Below, in pieces: positions 1-9,556 of a DNA stretch of 64,000 nt. Origin of the DNA: Candidatus Poribacteria bacterium. GTDB lineage: Bacteria > Poribacteria > WGA-4E > WGA-3G. Below the pieces are notes generated by a model, which made no database searches, was not told the origin of the DNA, and saw nothing but the letters and a program-made list of their open reading frames with translations. Where the stretch lies: contig CAXXUA010000004.1 of assembly GCA_963663765.2 (NCBI GenBank), forward strand, positions 1,088,001 to 1,152,000, read 5' to 3'. The position numbers were made by a program, and so were the translations under genes. Position 1 is the first letter of the stretch, and every line of letters begins with the position of its first letter.

Positions 1-15
1 CCAACCTCTGTTCAG

Positions 16-360
16 GCGGGGAGACCCCCGCCCCATAAGCGTCAATTTAAGGATTTTGACCTCTTGTGGGAGGGGTTTTCAACCCCGATTTTACGCGCTT
101 TTCCTCTCAAATCGGGGTTGAAAACCCCTCCCACAAGAGAAACACCAACACTTTTTTCTTAAATTGACGCCTATGGGACGGGGAGACCCCCGCCCCATAA
201 GCGTCAATTTAAGGATTTTGACCTCTTGTGGGAGGGGTTTTCAACCCCGATTCTACGCGCTTTTCCTCTCAAATCGGGGTTGAAAACCCCTCCCACAAGA
301 GAAACACCAACACTTTTTTCTTAAATTGACGCCTATGGGGCGGGGAGACCCCGCCCCTAC
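16..360. repeat. Two tandem copies (period 162 bp) of MITE family H (TIR CCCATAGGYGTCAAYTTAAG), each carrying an inverted REP doublet GTGGGAGGGGTTTTCAACCCCGA, inserted in a GTAGGGGCGGGGTCTCCCCGC REP
   Basis: Copies at 32-177 and 194-339 with terminal inverted repeats; a ~16-bp REP hairpin segment recurs at 16-31, 178-193 and 340-354. Confidence 0.85.
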
Positions 361-536
361 GCACAGTAACCAAAACTTTACACACCCGGGAATTCGGGGT
401 ATGAACTTCTCCACCATAACACCCCAAATCTGAAAAACCCATATCATCGTATAGGATAAGACGATATTTGGTTTTTTGTTCTCAAGCATATTGTAGATAC
501 CTGCTTAAAATGTTTTGGTCACTAAAATTCAGCTTT

Positions 537-3266
537 TCAATGAACCTTAATAGGTGAATCGTTATCGTTTACAGTGTTTAGTAGTAAGTGACTACTGTCT
601 TCAGTAGCAAGCATATTGAAAAATGTCTTCGCTTCTGCATAAGCTGCTACAGGAATTGTACGTTGTTTTAGGATAAATATTAGACGATAAGTAACCAAGT
701 TATCATGTTGGCGATACTCTCTCTGCATTGCAGCAAAACCTATATCGGACTGAACGTCTTTGGGCAACACAGCACGCAAACCATCAGGTAGGTGTATCTG
801 GATACTTTTCTCAAGTTTCATAGGATAACTGAGATCAAGCGGATAGATCCGTTCCACTGAGGCAACAATTTCAGCATAACCACTGAATTCATCAATCGGC
901 AATGGAAGAAGTAACTTATTTTCTAAGTGCTTCATATAATCATCTACTTCAAAATCAATTTCAATCTCCAAGGGTATATCAAGATTTCCTACATCAGAAA
1001 GGTATGAGGAAGCAATACGGATATTTGGGAATTGACCACTTAACTCAGTTGCAAAAGTCTTCTTCCATTCAGTTCTATGAACCTGTTGATATTTCCAGCG
1101 CGCATCCAAACTATATTGTCCCGTCATGCGAAGACGAATCTTGCCAGTTGCACTACCGTTACGACTAACCCATAATTCTGTTTCTGACACAAGGTGATTG
1201 GATTCTGGGGGAAAAATAGGTATGTCAACAAATGTACCGTGTGTATCCCCAATCAGTAATCCTGTTCGACCTTGGTTTGTGTAAGGTAAATCCCCATAAC
1301 TACAAGTTGTTGATGTCGGATCCAACCATATATAGTTATTAGCGTCAGTCGGAATTGCTGCAATCATATGGTTAAACTGACTTAGGGTAGGTAAAGATGT
1401 GTCAACTCTCTGATATGGTGATACGCTCAACATAACAGGATACGCCTTTATACCAAACAGGTCCAGCATAGAAATCAGCAAAGTGGTTTTGTCCTTGCAA
1501 TCACCATACTGTTTCTGGAGCACTTCGGCTGCAGGTGAGGGTTGGTATGCACCTTCTCCAAGTTCAATCCCAACATAACGAATCTGCTTGGATACAAAGT
1601 AGTATAAAGTCCGTATTATATCCTCCTCTGTTGTGAGCCTTTCTGTCAGTTCTTCCACAGTTTTCTGTAGATGCACATCAGGTGCATAACGTCCTTTTGC
1701 AAGGCTTTTATACCAAGTATACACATCGTTCCATGTTCCAATAGATGAAAAACTCAAACGTGGTACGATGTCGTTTATATGCGGCATACCCTCTTCTAAC
1801 TTCAGTGCTGATGTCTCTCCATTCCGCCATATATACAAAACAATTCCGTCTTCATTGTAAGATATTTCCGGTTCAATTTCAAAGTTGTCAGTTTTCCATT
1901 GAAAATGATAGTCTTGTGGTAACCTGAGTGCAAAAGCAGTCTCAAGCGTTATTTCTGTTGACTGAAAGTTGTAACCACCTGTAACCCATGTTTTTTGTCC
2001 AGTAACACGTTCTATTTTATCCTCAAGTGTAACCTTATATTCAATACAGACCCCTGGTGCAAGTCCTACCATTGAGATGACACGCCACATCGTATCTGAA
2101 TAGAGATTTCGGGATAGTAAACCTGGTGGTGTAACATCGTTGAACGCTTCATCGGGAGGGAGACGCACCGTACCATCAAGTGCAATTGTCCGTGCAATGT
2201 TAACACCAATATTTTGCGAATTCGGTTGATATGGGATGGCAATATCACCATATTTTTGTATACCCCGTTCATTCAAAATCTTTACAACTTGATGTGTTGT
2301 ATAACGGGACTGCCCTGTCGGTAGTACATCATGGCTAAAATGATTAAAGAGTATAACAACATCCGCGTCTGGATATTCTTTCAAGGTAGGCGCATTGGCA
2401 ATTATATGGGATACATCCGTCTCAAATATTGCAACAGGAGGGACAGATAGAACCTGGACTGACGTAGTTTGCAAACTTGCAAGTGCTTGCAACCGAGAAA
2501 CTGCCAATAGATTGTCTGGGTCAACCTCCAAAAGTTGCTGGTATTGCAGTTGTGCTTCAAAGTAACGTTGATTATCTTCATAGAGTGATGCAAGCTGCTG
2601 TCGCACCCACACATCATTCGGAAACAACCGTATTGATTCCCGATATTCTGCAATCGCTTCACCGACTTCCCCTCGCTGTAGAAAAATCAATCCTAAGTAA
2701 TTATGTAAATTTACAGAATCAGGATGTTCACAGGCAGGATCAAGTTTCAAGACTTTACGAAGTTGTGCTTCTGCCTCATCAAGTCTGTTCAACTGTTTAT
2801 AGACTAAACCGAGATGATTCAACGCATAGAGATTATCTTTAGAAATGCTAAGTACGCGTTCATAATACTGCGCTGATTTTTCATAATGTCTTAATTTCTC
2901 ATTGATATAACCAACATAGTTGAGTGCAGTAATGTTACTTGGTTCAAGGTTCAAAAATGCTAAAAAAGCAGCCTCTGCTTCTTCATATTCCTCAAGATGA
3001 AAGTAAATTTCCGCAATCTTATATTGGGGTTCACTGGATTTCGGACGAATCTTTACTGCTGCTTGGAAAGCCTCAAGCGCGTCTGAAAACAGCCCCTGTT
3101 TTAGTGCTTCATTACCGACTCTAATTTGTTCGCGCCACTGCTTATTGCGTTCAATCAACGGATCAACAATCACCGGAGAAACAGGTTGTGACTTTTCAAA
3201 TAAAGCACATCCGAAAACTGCCACAAGCAGGATTAACACCATACATTGAAAACATCGACGTAACAT
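537..3266 (-). CDS. TPR-repeat + DUF3857 + transglutaminase-like domain lipoprotein
   Basis: 909 aa; lipobox-like LVAVFGC, multiple TPRs, RYVGIELG..GDCKDK..FNHMI..WLDPT transglutaminase-like core. Confidence 0.85.
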   Translation of the reverse strand: MLRRCFQCMVLILLVAVFGCALFEKSQPVSPVIVDPLIERNKQWREQIRVGNEALKQGLFSDALEAFQAAVKIRPKSSEPQYKIAEIYFHLEEYEEAEAAFLAFLNLEPSNITALNYVGYINEKLRHYEKSAQYYERVLSISKDNLYALNHLGLVYKQLNRLDEAEAQLRKVLKLDPACEHPDSVNLHNYLGLIFLQRGEVGEAIAEYRESIRLFPNDVWVRQQLASLYEDNQRYFEAQLQYQQLLEVDPDNLLAVSRLQALASLQTTSVQVLSVPPVAIFETDVSHIIANAPTLKEYPDADVVILFNHFSHDVLPTGQSRYTTHQVVKILNERGIQKYGDIAIPYQPNSQNIGVNIARTIALDGTVRLPPDEAFNDVTPPGLLSRNLYSDTMWRVISMVGLAPGVCIEYKVTLEDKIERVTGQKTWVTGGYNFQSTEITLETAFALRLPQDYHFQWKTDNFEIEPEISYNEDGIVLYIWRNGETSALKLEEGMPHINDIVPRLSFSSIGTWNDVYTWYKSLAKGRYAPDVHLQKTVEELTERLTTEEDIIRTLYYFVSKQIRYVGIELGEGAYQPSPAAEVLQKQYGDCKDKTTLLISMLDLFGIKAYPVMLSVSPYQRVDTSLPTLSQFNHMIAAIPTDANNYIWLDPTSTTCSYGDLPYTNQGRTGLLIGDTHGTFVDIPIFPPESNHLVSETELWVSRNGSATGKIRLRMTGQYSLDARWKYQQVHRTEWKKTFATELSGQFPNIRIASSYLSDVGNLDIPLEIEIDFEVDDYMKHLENKLLLPLPIDEFSGYAEIVASVERIYPLDLSYPMKLEKSIQIHLPDGLRAVLPKDVQSDIGFAAMQREYRQHDNLVTYRLIFILKQRTIPVAAYAEAKTFFNMLATEDSSHLLLNTVNDNDSPIKVH

Positions 3267-3634
3267 TATTCCTTGTCTCCACTATCAACAATAAGTTTCG
3301 TGTTTTTTGCATGCCTCTCTTTATCACGATCTGTTCTCTTTAACATAGATTTTTTAAACGCATCTTCAAGTTGAACACCGGTCTGATTTGCCAAACATAG
3401 CAAGACGAACAGAATATCTGCCATTTCATCTGCAAGATTACTATCTTTTTCATTTTCCTTGTAACTTTGTTCCCCATATTCGCGTGCCATTATCCGTGCC
3501 AACTCACCAACCTCCTCCATGAGGATAGTAGTATTGGTCAATTCCGAAAAATAACGCACTCCTACGGAGTTAATCCAGTCATCAACTATTTTTTGGCAGT
3601 TTTCAAGCGTATAATCCATCAGTCGCAATTCCAT
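3266..3634 (-). CDS. MazG-like nucleotide pyrophosphohydrolase (YpjD family)
   Basis: LMEEVGELAR...LADEMADILFVL motif; stop overlaps the start of the downstream gene. Confidence 0.9.
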   Translation of the reverse strand: MELRLMDYTLENCQKIVDDWINSVGVRYFSELTNTTILMEEVGELARIMAREYGEQSYKENEKDSNLADEMADILFVLLCLANQTGVQLEDAFKKSMLKRTDRDKERHAKNTKLIVDSGDKE

Positions 3635-3654
3635 TTAATTTAGCGTATATAAAG

Positions 3655-3854
3655 CAGGACATACGCACCTAACGGTAGACGTGCTTTGTAAGCGGGGAAT
3701 GCCAAAAGGCATTCATACCGTTGATTTGGGGGAATACCATAAGGTATTCATACCGTTGATTTCTTGATTTGGCGCTGGAAACACAAATAATGTTGAAAAT
3801 TACATCTTTTTCATCACAATTCTTGATTAAATCATGAAAACTGCGTAAGTCCTG
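3655..3854. mobile_element. MITE family C (TIR CAGGACTTACGCA) containing a REP and two tandem hairpin micro-elements
   Basis: caggacatacgca...tgcgtaagtcctg; simple ~122-bp form seen at 9108-9229. Confidence 0.8.
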
Positions 3855-4104
3855 CAAAGATTGTAGCAGCAATCATTGCAGAAGTAAACCTAATTTCACA
3901 GTGTGGGTGTGTAAAGTTTTTGCACAAAGGTACAAACTTTTGTTCTCTTTAGTCCCGTAGGGACGCAATGTTTATAGAAAGACGTTATCACCCCTCTCTT
4001 TAGTTCCGTAGGAACGACATAAAAGGTTAAACATATCGTCCCTACGGGACTGTATATAAGACAATCCCAATAACATTAGGTATTGACACAGGGAGTCATA
4101 GTAA

Positions 4105-4833
4105 CAGGACTTACGCACCTAACGGTAGGCGCGCTTTGTAGACGGGGAATGCTAAAAGGCATTCATACCCGGGGAATGCCTAATGGAGATTAATAAATAA
4201 ATTAGGTGATTCTATCTAACCCACCCTGGTAGGCGTGTTGGCACATCAAGTCCCAATAGCGCGCTTACAAAGCACCAAATCAACGGTATGGGTGTGTAAA
4301 GTTTTTGCACAGAGGTACAAACTTTTGTTCTCTTTAGTCCCGTAGGGACGCAATGTTTATAGATAGGTGTAATCACCCTCTCTTGAGTTCCGTAGGAACG
4401 ACATAGAAGAATAAACATATCGTCCCTACGGGACTAAAGAACTGGGAAGGGTACTTGTTTTCTATAAACATATCGTCCCTACGGGACTGAAGAGTATAGT
4501 TGATATTAACAATATTTCCTTATATTGACACCTATGGGTCTCTGTGCCCGCAATCTCTCATTTAATCAGTTGCGGCGGTGCACAGAGACCCCGCTCTACA
4601 ATGGAGAATGTGCAGTTTGTGCAAAAACTTTACACACCCCAACGGTATGAATGCCAAAAGGCATTCCCCGCCTACCGTGAGAGAAATATTTATTACCGAA
4701 TTAATAAATTAATCTTCATATGGCATTCATACCGTTGATTTCTTGATTTGGCGCTGGAAACCGAAAAAATGCTGAAAATTACACCATTTTCGTCATAATT
4801 CTTCATCAAATCATGAAAACTGCATAAGTCCTG
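4105..4833. mobile_element. Multi-level nested MITE/REP cluster inside a family C MITE
   Basis: C TIRs at both ends; internal family G MITE at 4290-4639 (TIR GGGTGTGTAAAGTT) with perfect 9-bp TSD caacggtat. Confidence 0.8.
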
Positions 4834-5587
4834 TTAAGAAAAAAGTGTTAGCATTTCTCTTGTGGGAGGGGTTTTCAACCCCGATTTGAGTGGAAATGAA
4901 CATAAAATCGGGGTTGAAAACCCCTCCCACAAGAGGTCAAATTCCTTAAATTGACGCTTATGGGTGCTTTGTAAGCACACCCCATAGGTGTCAACTTAAG
5001 AAAAAAGTGTTGGCATATTCTCTTGTGGGAGGGGTTTTTAACCCCGATTTGAGTAGAAATGAACATAAAATCGGGGTTGAAAACCCCTCCCACAAGAGGT
5101 CAAATTCCTTAAATTGACGCTTATGGGTGCTTTGTAAGCACACCCCATAGGTGTCAACTTAAGAAAAAAGTGTTGGCATATTCTCTTGTGGGAGGGGTTT
5201 TCAACCCCGATTTGAGTGGAAATGAACATAAAATCGGGGTTGAAAACCCCTCCCACAAGAGGTCAAATTCCTTAAATTGACGCTTATGGGTGCTTTGTAA
5301 GCGCACCCCCGATGGTAGGCGGGGAATGCCTAAATGGCATTCATACCGTTGATTTCTTGATTTGGTGCTTTGTAAGCGCACCCCGATGGTAGGCGGGGAA
5401 TGCCTAAATGGCATTCATACCCGGGGAATGCCAAAAGGCATTCATACCCGGGGAATGCCAAAAGGCATTCATACCGTTGATTTCTTGATTTGGTGCTTTG
5501 TAAGCGCGCTGGAAACCGAACAAATGCTGAAAATTACACCATTTTCGTCATAATTCTTCATCAAACATGAAAACTGATTAAGTCCTG
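4834..5587. repeat. Tandem family H MITEs (period ~163 bp) followed by REP/micro-element repeats and a family C right end
   Basis: H copies at 4981-5127 and 5144-5290 plus a partial copy at 4834-4964, separated by tgctttgtaagcacac. Confidence 0.8.
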
Positions 5588-5694
5588 AATATATTATAAT
5601 CAGTTGAATCTTGTTTAGATTGCAAATTAGGTTTGATTTCAAAAAGTCTTCAAATGTACAATATCAATCAGAAGAGGGGATTTACGATTAACTT

Positions 5695-5887
5695 CAGGGT
5701 TATTCATTTTTAAGAACCTATCGTTATGCCAGTTAACTTTGGGTTAAGATTAGTAATTATAGAGGATTTTTATGGTATTCTTGATTTTGGTCTGAAAAAG
5801 AATGGGGTAACTCCCAAGAATAAGCTAACTCAAGGATTAACAACTCTGATAGAATTTACTCAATAAATTGAAAACTAAATAACCCTG
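5695..5887. mobile_element. MITE family B (TIR CAGGGTTATTYAG...AAATAACCCTG)
   Basis: TIRs plus 10-bp near-perfect TSD cgattaactt/cgattcactt. Confidence 0.75.
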
Positions 5888-5972
5888 CGATTCACTTACA
5901 CACCTCTTGATATTATTAGGAATAAATTGTATACTTAACAGCATATTTTTACATTATCAAAAGGAACTATAC

Positions 5973-6716
5973 ATGGGAATTACAGATAAAGAATTACAAT
6001 CTTATGAAGCGAATGGGTTTCTACTTAAAAAAGGTATCGTTTCATCAGAAGACATTGAAAACATTATGACGGAAATTGATGATATTCATAACCGTATGGC
6101 AGAAAATCCCACCCCAGGTATTGGTATCTCATGGGAGGTCTACGAAGACGACCCAGACCACCCACCTCTTATAAAGCAGCTCATGCATAGTGAGTTAGTC
6201 AGTCCGACCCTTAACCGCCTTCTTCGCTCAGATGCTGTGCTTGATGTCCTTGAAGCTATGATGGGACCTGACATCTCTTTATTCCATAGCAAACTGCTCC
6301 CCAAAGCAGGTGGTGACGGTACTGCTATCCCTTGGCACCAAGATTATGCTTACTGGAAAAACGATAGCAACAAACCTGTAATGATAAACTGCCAACTCGC
6401 AATTAATGAAGCAACACTTGAGAAAGGATGTATCCAATTTATACCAGGAAGCCATAACTGGGGTTTGCAAGAGCATGAACGAAAACATCAGACCTTTGGA
6501 GTTTTTCTACCCGGTCACTATCAGGAACGTGAGGACGCAGTCGCTGTAGAAATGGAGGCAGGAGACGCAGTCTTTTTTAATGCTCTCGTAATACACGGTT
6601 CTGCCCCTAATGTATCTAAAAAGGATAGATTGATGAATACCTTCGCCTATAATGTTACAGGTAACGGCACATCTCGGTCACGTGAAATATTACGCGGTAA
6701 GGAGATTGTTTCTTGA
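5973..6716 (+). CDS. Phytanoyl-CoA dioxygenase (PhyH) family Fe(II)/2-OG dioxygenase
   Basis: WHQD and HGS..N motifs; start taken at ATG 5973 after AAGGA. Confidence 0.9.
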   Translation: MGITDKELQSYEANGFLLKKGIVSSEDIENIMTEIDDIHNRMAENPTPGIGISWEVYEDDPDHPPLIKQLMHSELVSPTLNRLLRSDAVLDVLEAMMGPDISLFHSKLLPKAGGDGTAIPWHQDYAYWKNDSNKPVMINCQLAINEATLEKGCIQFIPGSHNWGLQEHERKHQTFGVFLPGHYQEREDAVAVEMEAGDAVFFNALVIHGSAPNVSKKDRLMNTFAYNVTGNGTSRSREILRGKEIVS

Positions 6717-7723
6717 AAACGCCAAAACCCTTTTGGATATTCTTTAGTATCTTACTTTTTGCCACTGTGTTAGGTTGTGGAAACGACGAAACAACAAGGG
6801 GCAACGATGCACCAATCATCGCTGTGTTTGAAGCAGAATCGGAAGTCGTTCTTCCAGGCACACAGGTACCTATTCAACTAAAAGCCATAGATTACAATAA
6901 CGATGTGTTGACATATTCATGGTCTGCAAACTATGGTGATATTGAAGGAGACGCAAACGGTGCTTTATGGACTGCACCTGAAACCGAACAGAAATATCAT
7001 ATACAGGTCACTGTAAACGACGGTGATAAATCGACCACAAGCACTTTGGATATCGTCGTTTGGCTCGGAAGAGAAGGCAACTATTACCCCTTAGCAGAAG
7101 GTAACATCTGGAGATACCAAAATACTAAAGGGACAATTATTACGTTTGAAGTCATAGATACTATACAGATACATCTTGAAAATGGTGAGACTTTAGACAG
7201 TTTTGTACTGCAGAAATCAAGTAATGAACAGGGAACAGAAAACATTGTAAACTATTCATATCTCGGACACAGCTATGATGAAAACGGTGAAGTGTCAGGC
7301 ATTATTCAGCATGCGCAGAACATCACTTCTGGTACTGAGGATACAATGACATTCACCCCATATTTGCCGCTGTATCAGTTTCCACTCTACCCATGTAAAA
7401 AATGGGAAGTCAGATTTCAAGCAGAATTAGTGCCAGAACTTTTTCCATTGGGAAGAGGTACAGACAAATTTGAAGTACTGTCCATTGAAACGGTTACTGT
7501 TCCAGCGGGAACCTATGAGGATGTGTTTCAGGTTCAAGAGTCGTTTACATGGGGAATGGACTTTGATACTGCTAAATTCACTCTTGACACTACCGTAACA
7601 AAAAAGTGGCTTGCACCTAATATCGGCCTGATAAAATTTACGCAAACGCAAATCAGGAACGATGTTCCAGTTGAATCAGAATTTGAACTTGAATCTTACG
7701 AACTTGTAAGCGATTCAAAGTAA
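6713..7723 (+). CDS. Lipoprotein with Ig/PKD-like domain and beta-rich C-terminal domain
   Basis: Lipobox VLGC; DYNNDVLTYSW..WTAP Ig motif; YYPLAEGNIWRY and VTVPAGTY..WLAPNIGLIK motifs. Confidence 0.75.
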   Translation: MKTPKPFWIFFSILLFATVLGCGNDETTRGNDAPIIAVFEAESEVVLPGTQVPIQLKAIDYNNDVLTYSWSANYGDIEGDANGALWTAPETEQKYHIQVTVNDGDKSTTSTLDIVVWLGREGNYYPLAEGNIWRYQNTKGTIITFEVIDTIQIHLENGETLDSFVLQKSSNEQGTENIVNYSYLGHSYDENGEVSGIIQHAQNITSGTEDTMTFTPYLPLYQFPLYPCKKWEVRFQAELVPELFPLGRGTDKFEVLSIETVTVPAGTYEDVFQVQESFTWGMDFDTAKFTLDTTVTKKWLAPNIGLIKFTQTQIRNDVPVESEFELESYELVSDSK

Positions 7724-7741
7724 CACATAAGGATTTATGCA

Positions 7742-8761
7742 TTGAAAGATACGACAAATAATTTGGATATACTCACCACTACAGTCGGTTCGTATCCAGT
7801 CCCGATGTGGCTACACTCTATGCCTACAGAACAAGCATTAATTGATGCAACACGAGTTGTTGTTGATATACAAAAACAACTCGGAATTGACCTACCTACA
7901 GACGGCGAACTTTATCGTTTTGACGTCAACCACCCCGAAACAAATGGAATGATTGACTATTTTATACGTCCTTTATCAGGTGTCAGAGCTGAAATTGGAC
8001 GGAGGGAATGGTATGAATTTCGACAGAAACAGACAATGTCATTCCGAGCAAAACCCGCTGGTGTTGTTGAGAACGACATAGGTGAAGGCACATTAAATCT
8101 TGTTTCAGATTGCTCACGTGCTGTGGAAGTAGCAGGTAAACATATCAAATTTACTGTGACAAGTCCATATATGCTTGCACGTACCCTGTTAGACAAACAC
8201 TATGATGACTTTGACACGTTACTCGCTGACTTGGCTAAAGTGTTAGCTGCACAAGTGAAGGATTTAGATTGTGCTTGTCTGCAAATAGATGAAGCGAATA
8301 TACCCGGTAATCCTGATGATGGACCGCGTGCAGCAGCTGCAATTAATGTCGTGCTTGATGCATTTGATGGTGAGAAAGCAGTTCATTTTTGCTTCGGTAA
8401 TTATGGAGGTCAGGTCATCCAAAGAGGTAGTTGGAAAGCGTTAATCGATTTTCTAAATATGCTCAGATGTGACCATCTCGTGTTAGAGTTGAAACACCGT
8501 CCGGATGCGGATCTACAAGCTTTGAAGGATGTATCTTCAAACATTCGTCTCGGAATCGGTGTGATTGATGTGAAGCTCAACCCCATTGAAACCCCTGATG
8601 ATGTTGCAGCAAGTATTGAAAGAGCAGAGCATGAATTGGGACCAGGTCGAGTGGGATGGGTACATCCCGATTGCGGTTTTTGGATGTTACAACGGTCTGT
8701 TGTTGATCGTAAGATAGAATCTCTTGTAAAAGGTAGAAATAAGTATCTGGGTATTACTTAA
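7742..8761 (+). CDS. Cobalamin-independent methionine synthase II family protein (MetE C-terminal catalytic domain only)
   Basis: TTTVGSYP, TDGE, QIDE, HFCFGN, PDCG zinc-site motifs. Confidence 0.85.
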   Translation: MKDTTNNLDILTTTVGSYPVPMWLHSMPTEQALIDATRVVVDIQKQLGIDLPTDGELYRFDVNHPETNGMIDYFIRPLSGVRAEIGRREWYEFRQKQTMSFRAKPAGVVENDIGEGTLNLVSDCSRAVEVAGKHIKFTVTSPYMLARTLLDKHYDDFDTLLADLAKVLAAQVKDLDCACLQIDEANIPGNPDDGPRAAAAINVVLDAFDGEKAVHFCFGNYGGQVIQRGSWKALIDFLNMLRCDHLVLELKHRPDADLQALKDVSSNIRLGIGVIDVKLNPIETPDDVAASIERAEHELGPGRVGWVHPDCGFWMLQRSVVDRKIESLVKGRNKYLGIT

Positions 8762-8840
8762 AAAAATATATAATTACGAGAACAAGCAATCAAGAAGCCA
8801 ACAATTGCATTATCTTCATAATAGGTGTGCATATCTTCAA

Positions 8841-8875
8841 TGGTGGTGTGTGCTTTAGACATACACCACCTTTTT
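8841..8875 (+). terminator. Probable intrinsic terminator
   Basis: ggtggtgtgtg-ctttaga-catacaccacc followed by a T-tract. Confidence 0.6.
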
Positions 8876-8885
8876 CATTATAGTA

Positions 8886-9100
8886 ACTCAAGTTGCTACC
8901 TATAAAGTTTAGACGAATCAACACCGTTTTTTATAGAGTATAAAACACTTTTCGGCAGTATTTGTAGCACAAACTTTTAGTTTGTGCATCTTTATGACGC
9001 AAACTAAAAGTTTGCGCTACAAAATATAGGCTATTTATCAACACTTTTTTGATAATAGATGATGTTTCTAGGTCTAATTATTCTAGGTAGCAACTTGGGT
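8886..9100. mobile_element. IS982-type MITE (family J) carrying a GTAGCACAAACTTTTAGTTTGTGC REP doublet
   Basis: AC...GT ends (ACTCAAGTTGCTACCTA / TAGGTAGCAACTTGGGT); perfect 7-bp TSD tatagta. Confidence 0.8.
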
Positions 9101-9107
9101 TATAGTA

Positions 9108-9229
9108 CAGGACTTACGCACCCGACGGTAGGCGCGCTTTGTAAGCGCGCTGGAAACACAAAAAATGTTGAAAATTACATCATTTTCAACACAATTCTTG
9201 ATTAAATCAAGAAAACTACGTAAGTCCTG
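9108..9229. mobile_element. Family C MITE, uninterrupted form
   Basis: caggacttacgca...cgtaagtcctg with an intact GGTAGGCGCGCTTTGTAAGCGCGC REP. Confidence 0.8.
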
Positions 9230-9262
9230 TAATAAAAGAAGACATTTCTTTCAAGGAGAATA

Positions 9263-9556
9263 ATGTTTCAAATTCACCTACCACTACTGAAAAAGTACCA
9301 GACCATTGCTGGTGTTGCTGGGGGGATAGGATTCTGTCTTGGAATAGTTATTCCGATAATCGGCATGTTAATGTGGAATTGGCAATGTCCATTTGGAATT
9401 GGCAACTTACAAACTGTAGCTTTCTTAGTACTCACAGGATTGATCAGCGCAATGGTCTTAGGCAATCTCGTTGCTTTTATATTAGTCCGAATAGCAAAAT
9501 TCCAGCAGGCTTCACAAAATAATTCAAAGAAAACAGGAGACTTAGATGGGAATTGA
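9263..9556 (+). CDS. Small two-TM hypothetical membrane protein
   Basis: AGGAGA RBS, two hydrophobic segments, overlaps the next gene. Confidence 0.7.
   Translation: MFQIHLPLLKKYQTIAGVAGGIGFCLGIVIPIIGMLMWNWQCPFGIGNLQTVAFLVLTGLISAMVLGNLVAFILVRIAKFQQASQNNSKKTGDLDGN

Noticed and set aside
3669-5553. Several 60-86 aa ORFs in the first large spacer
   Set aside because: They lie entirely within nested MITE/REP sequence and recur wherever those repeats occur.
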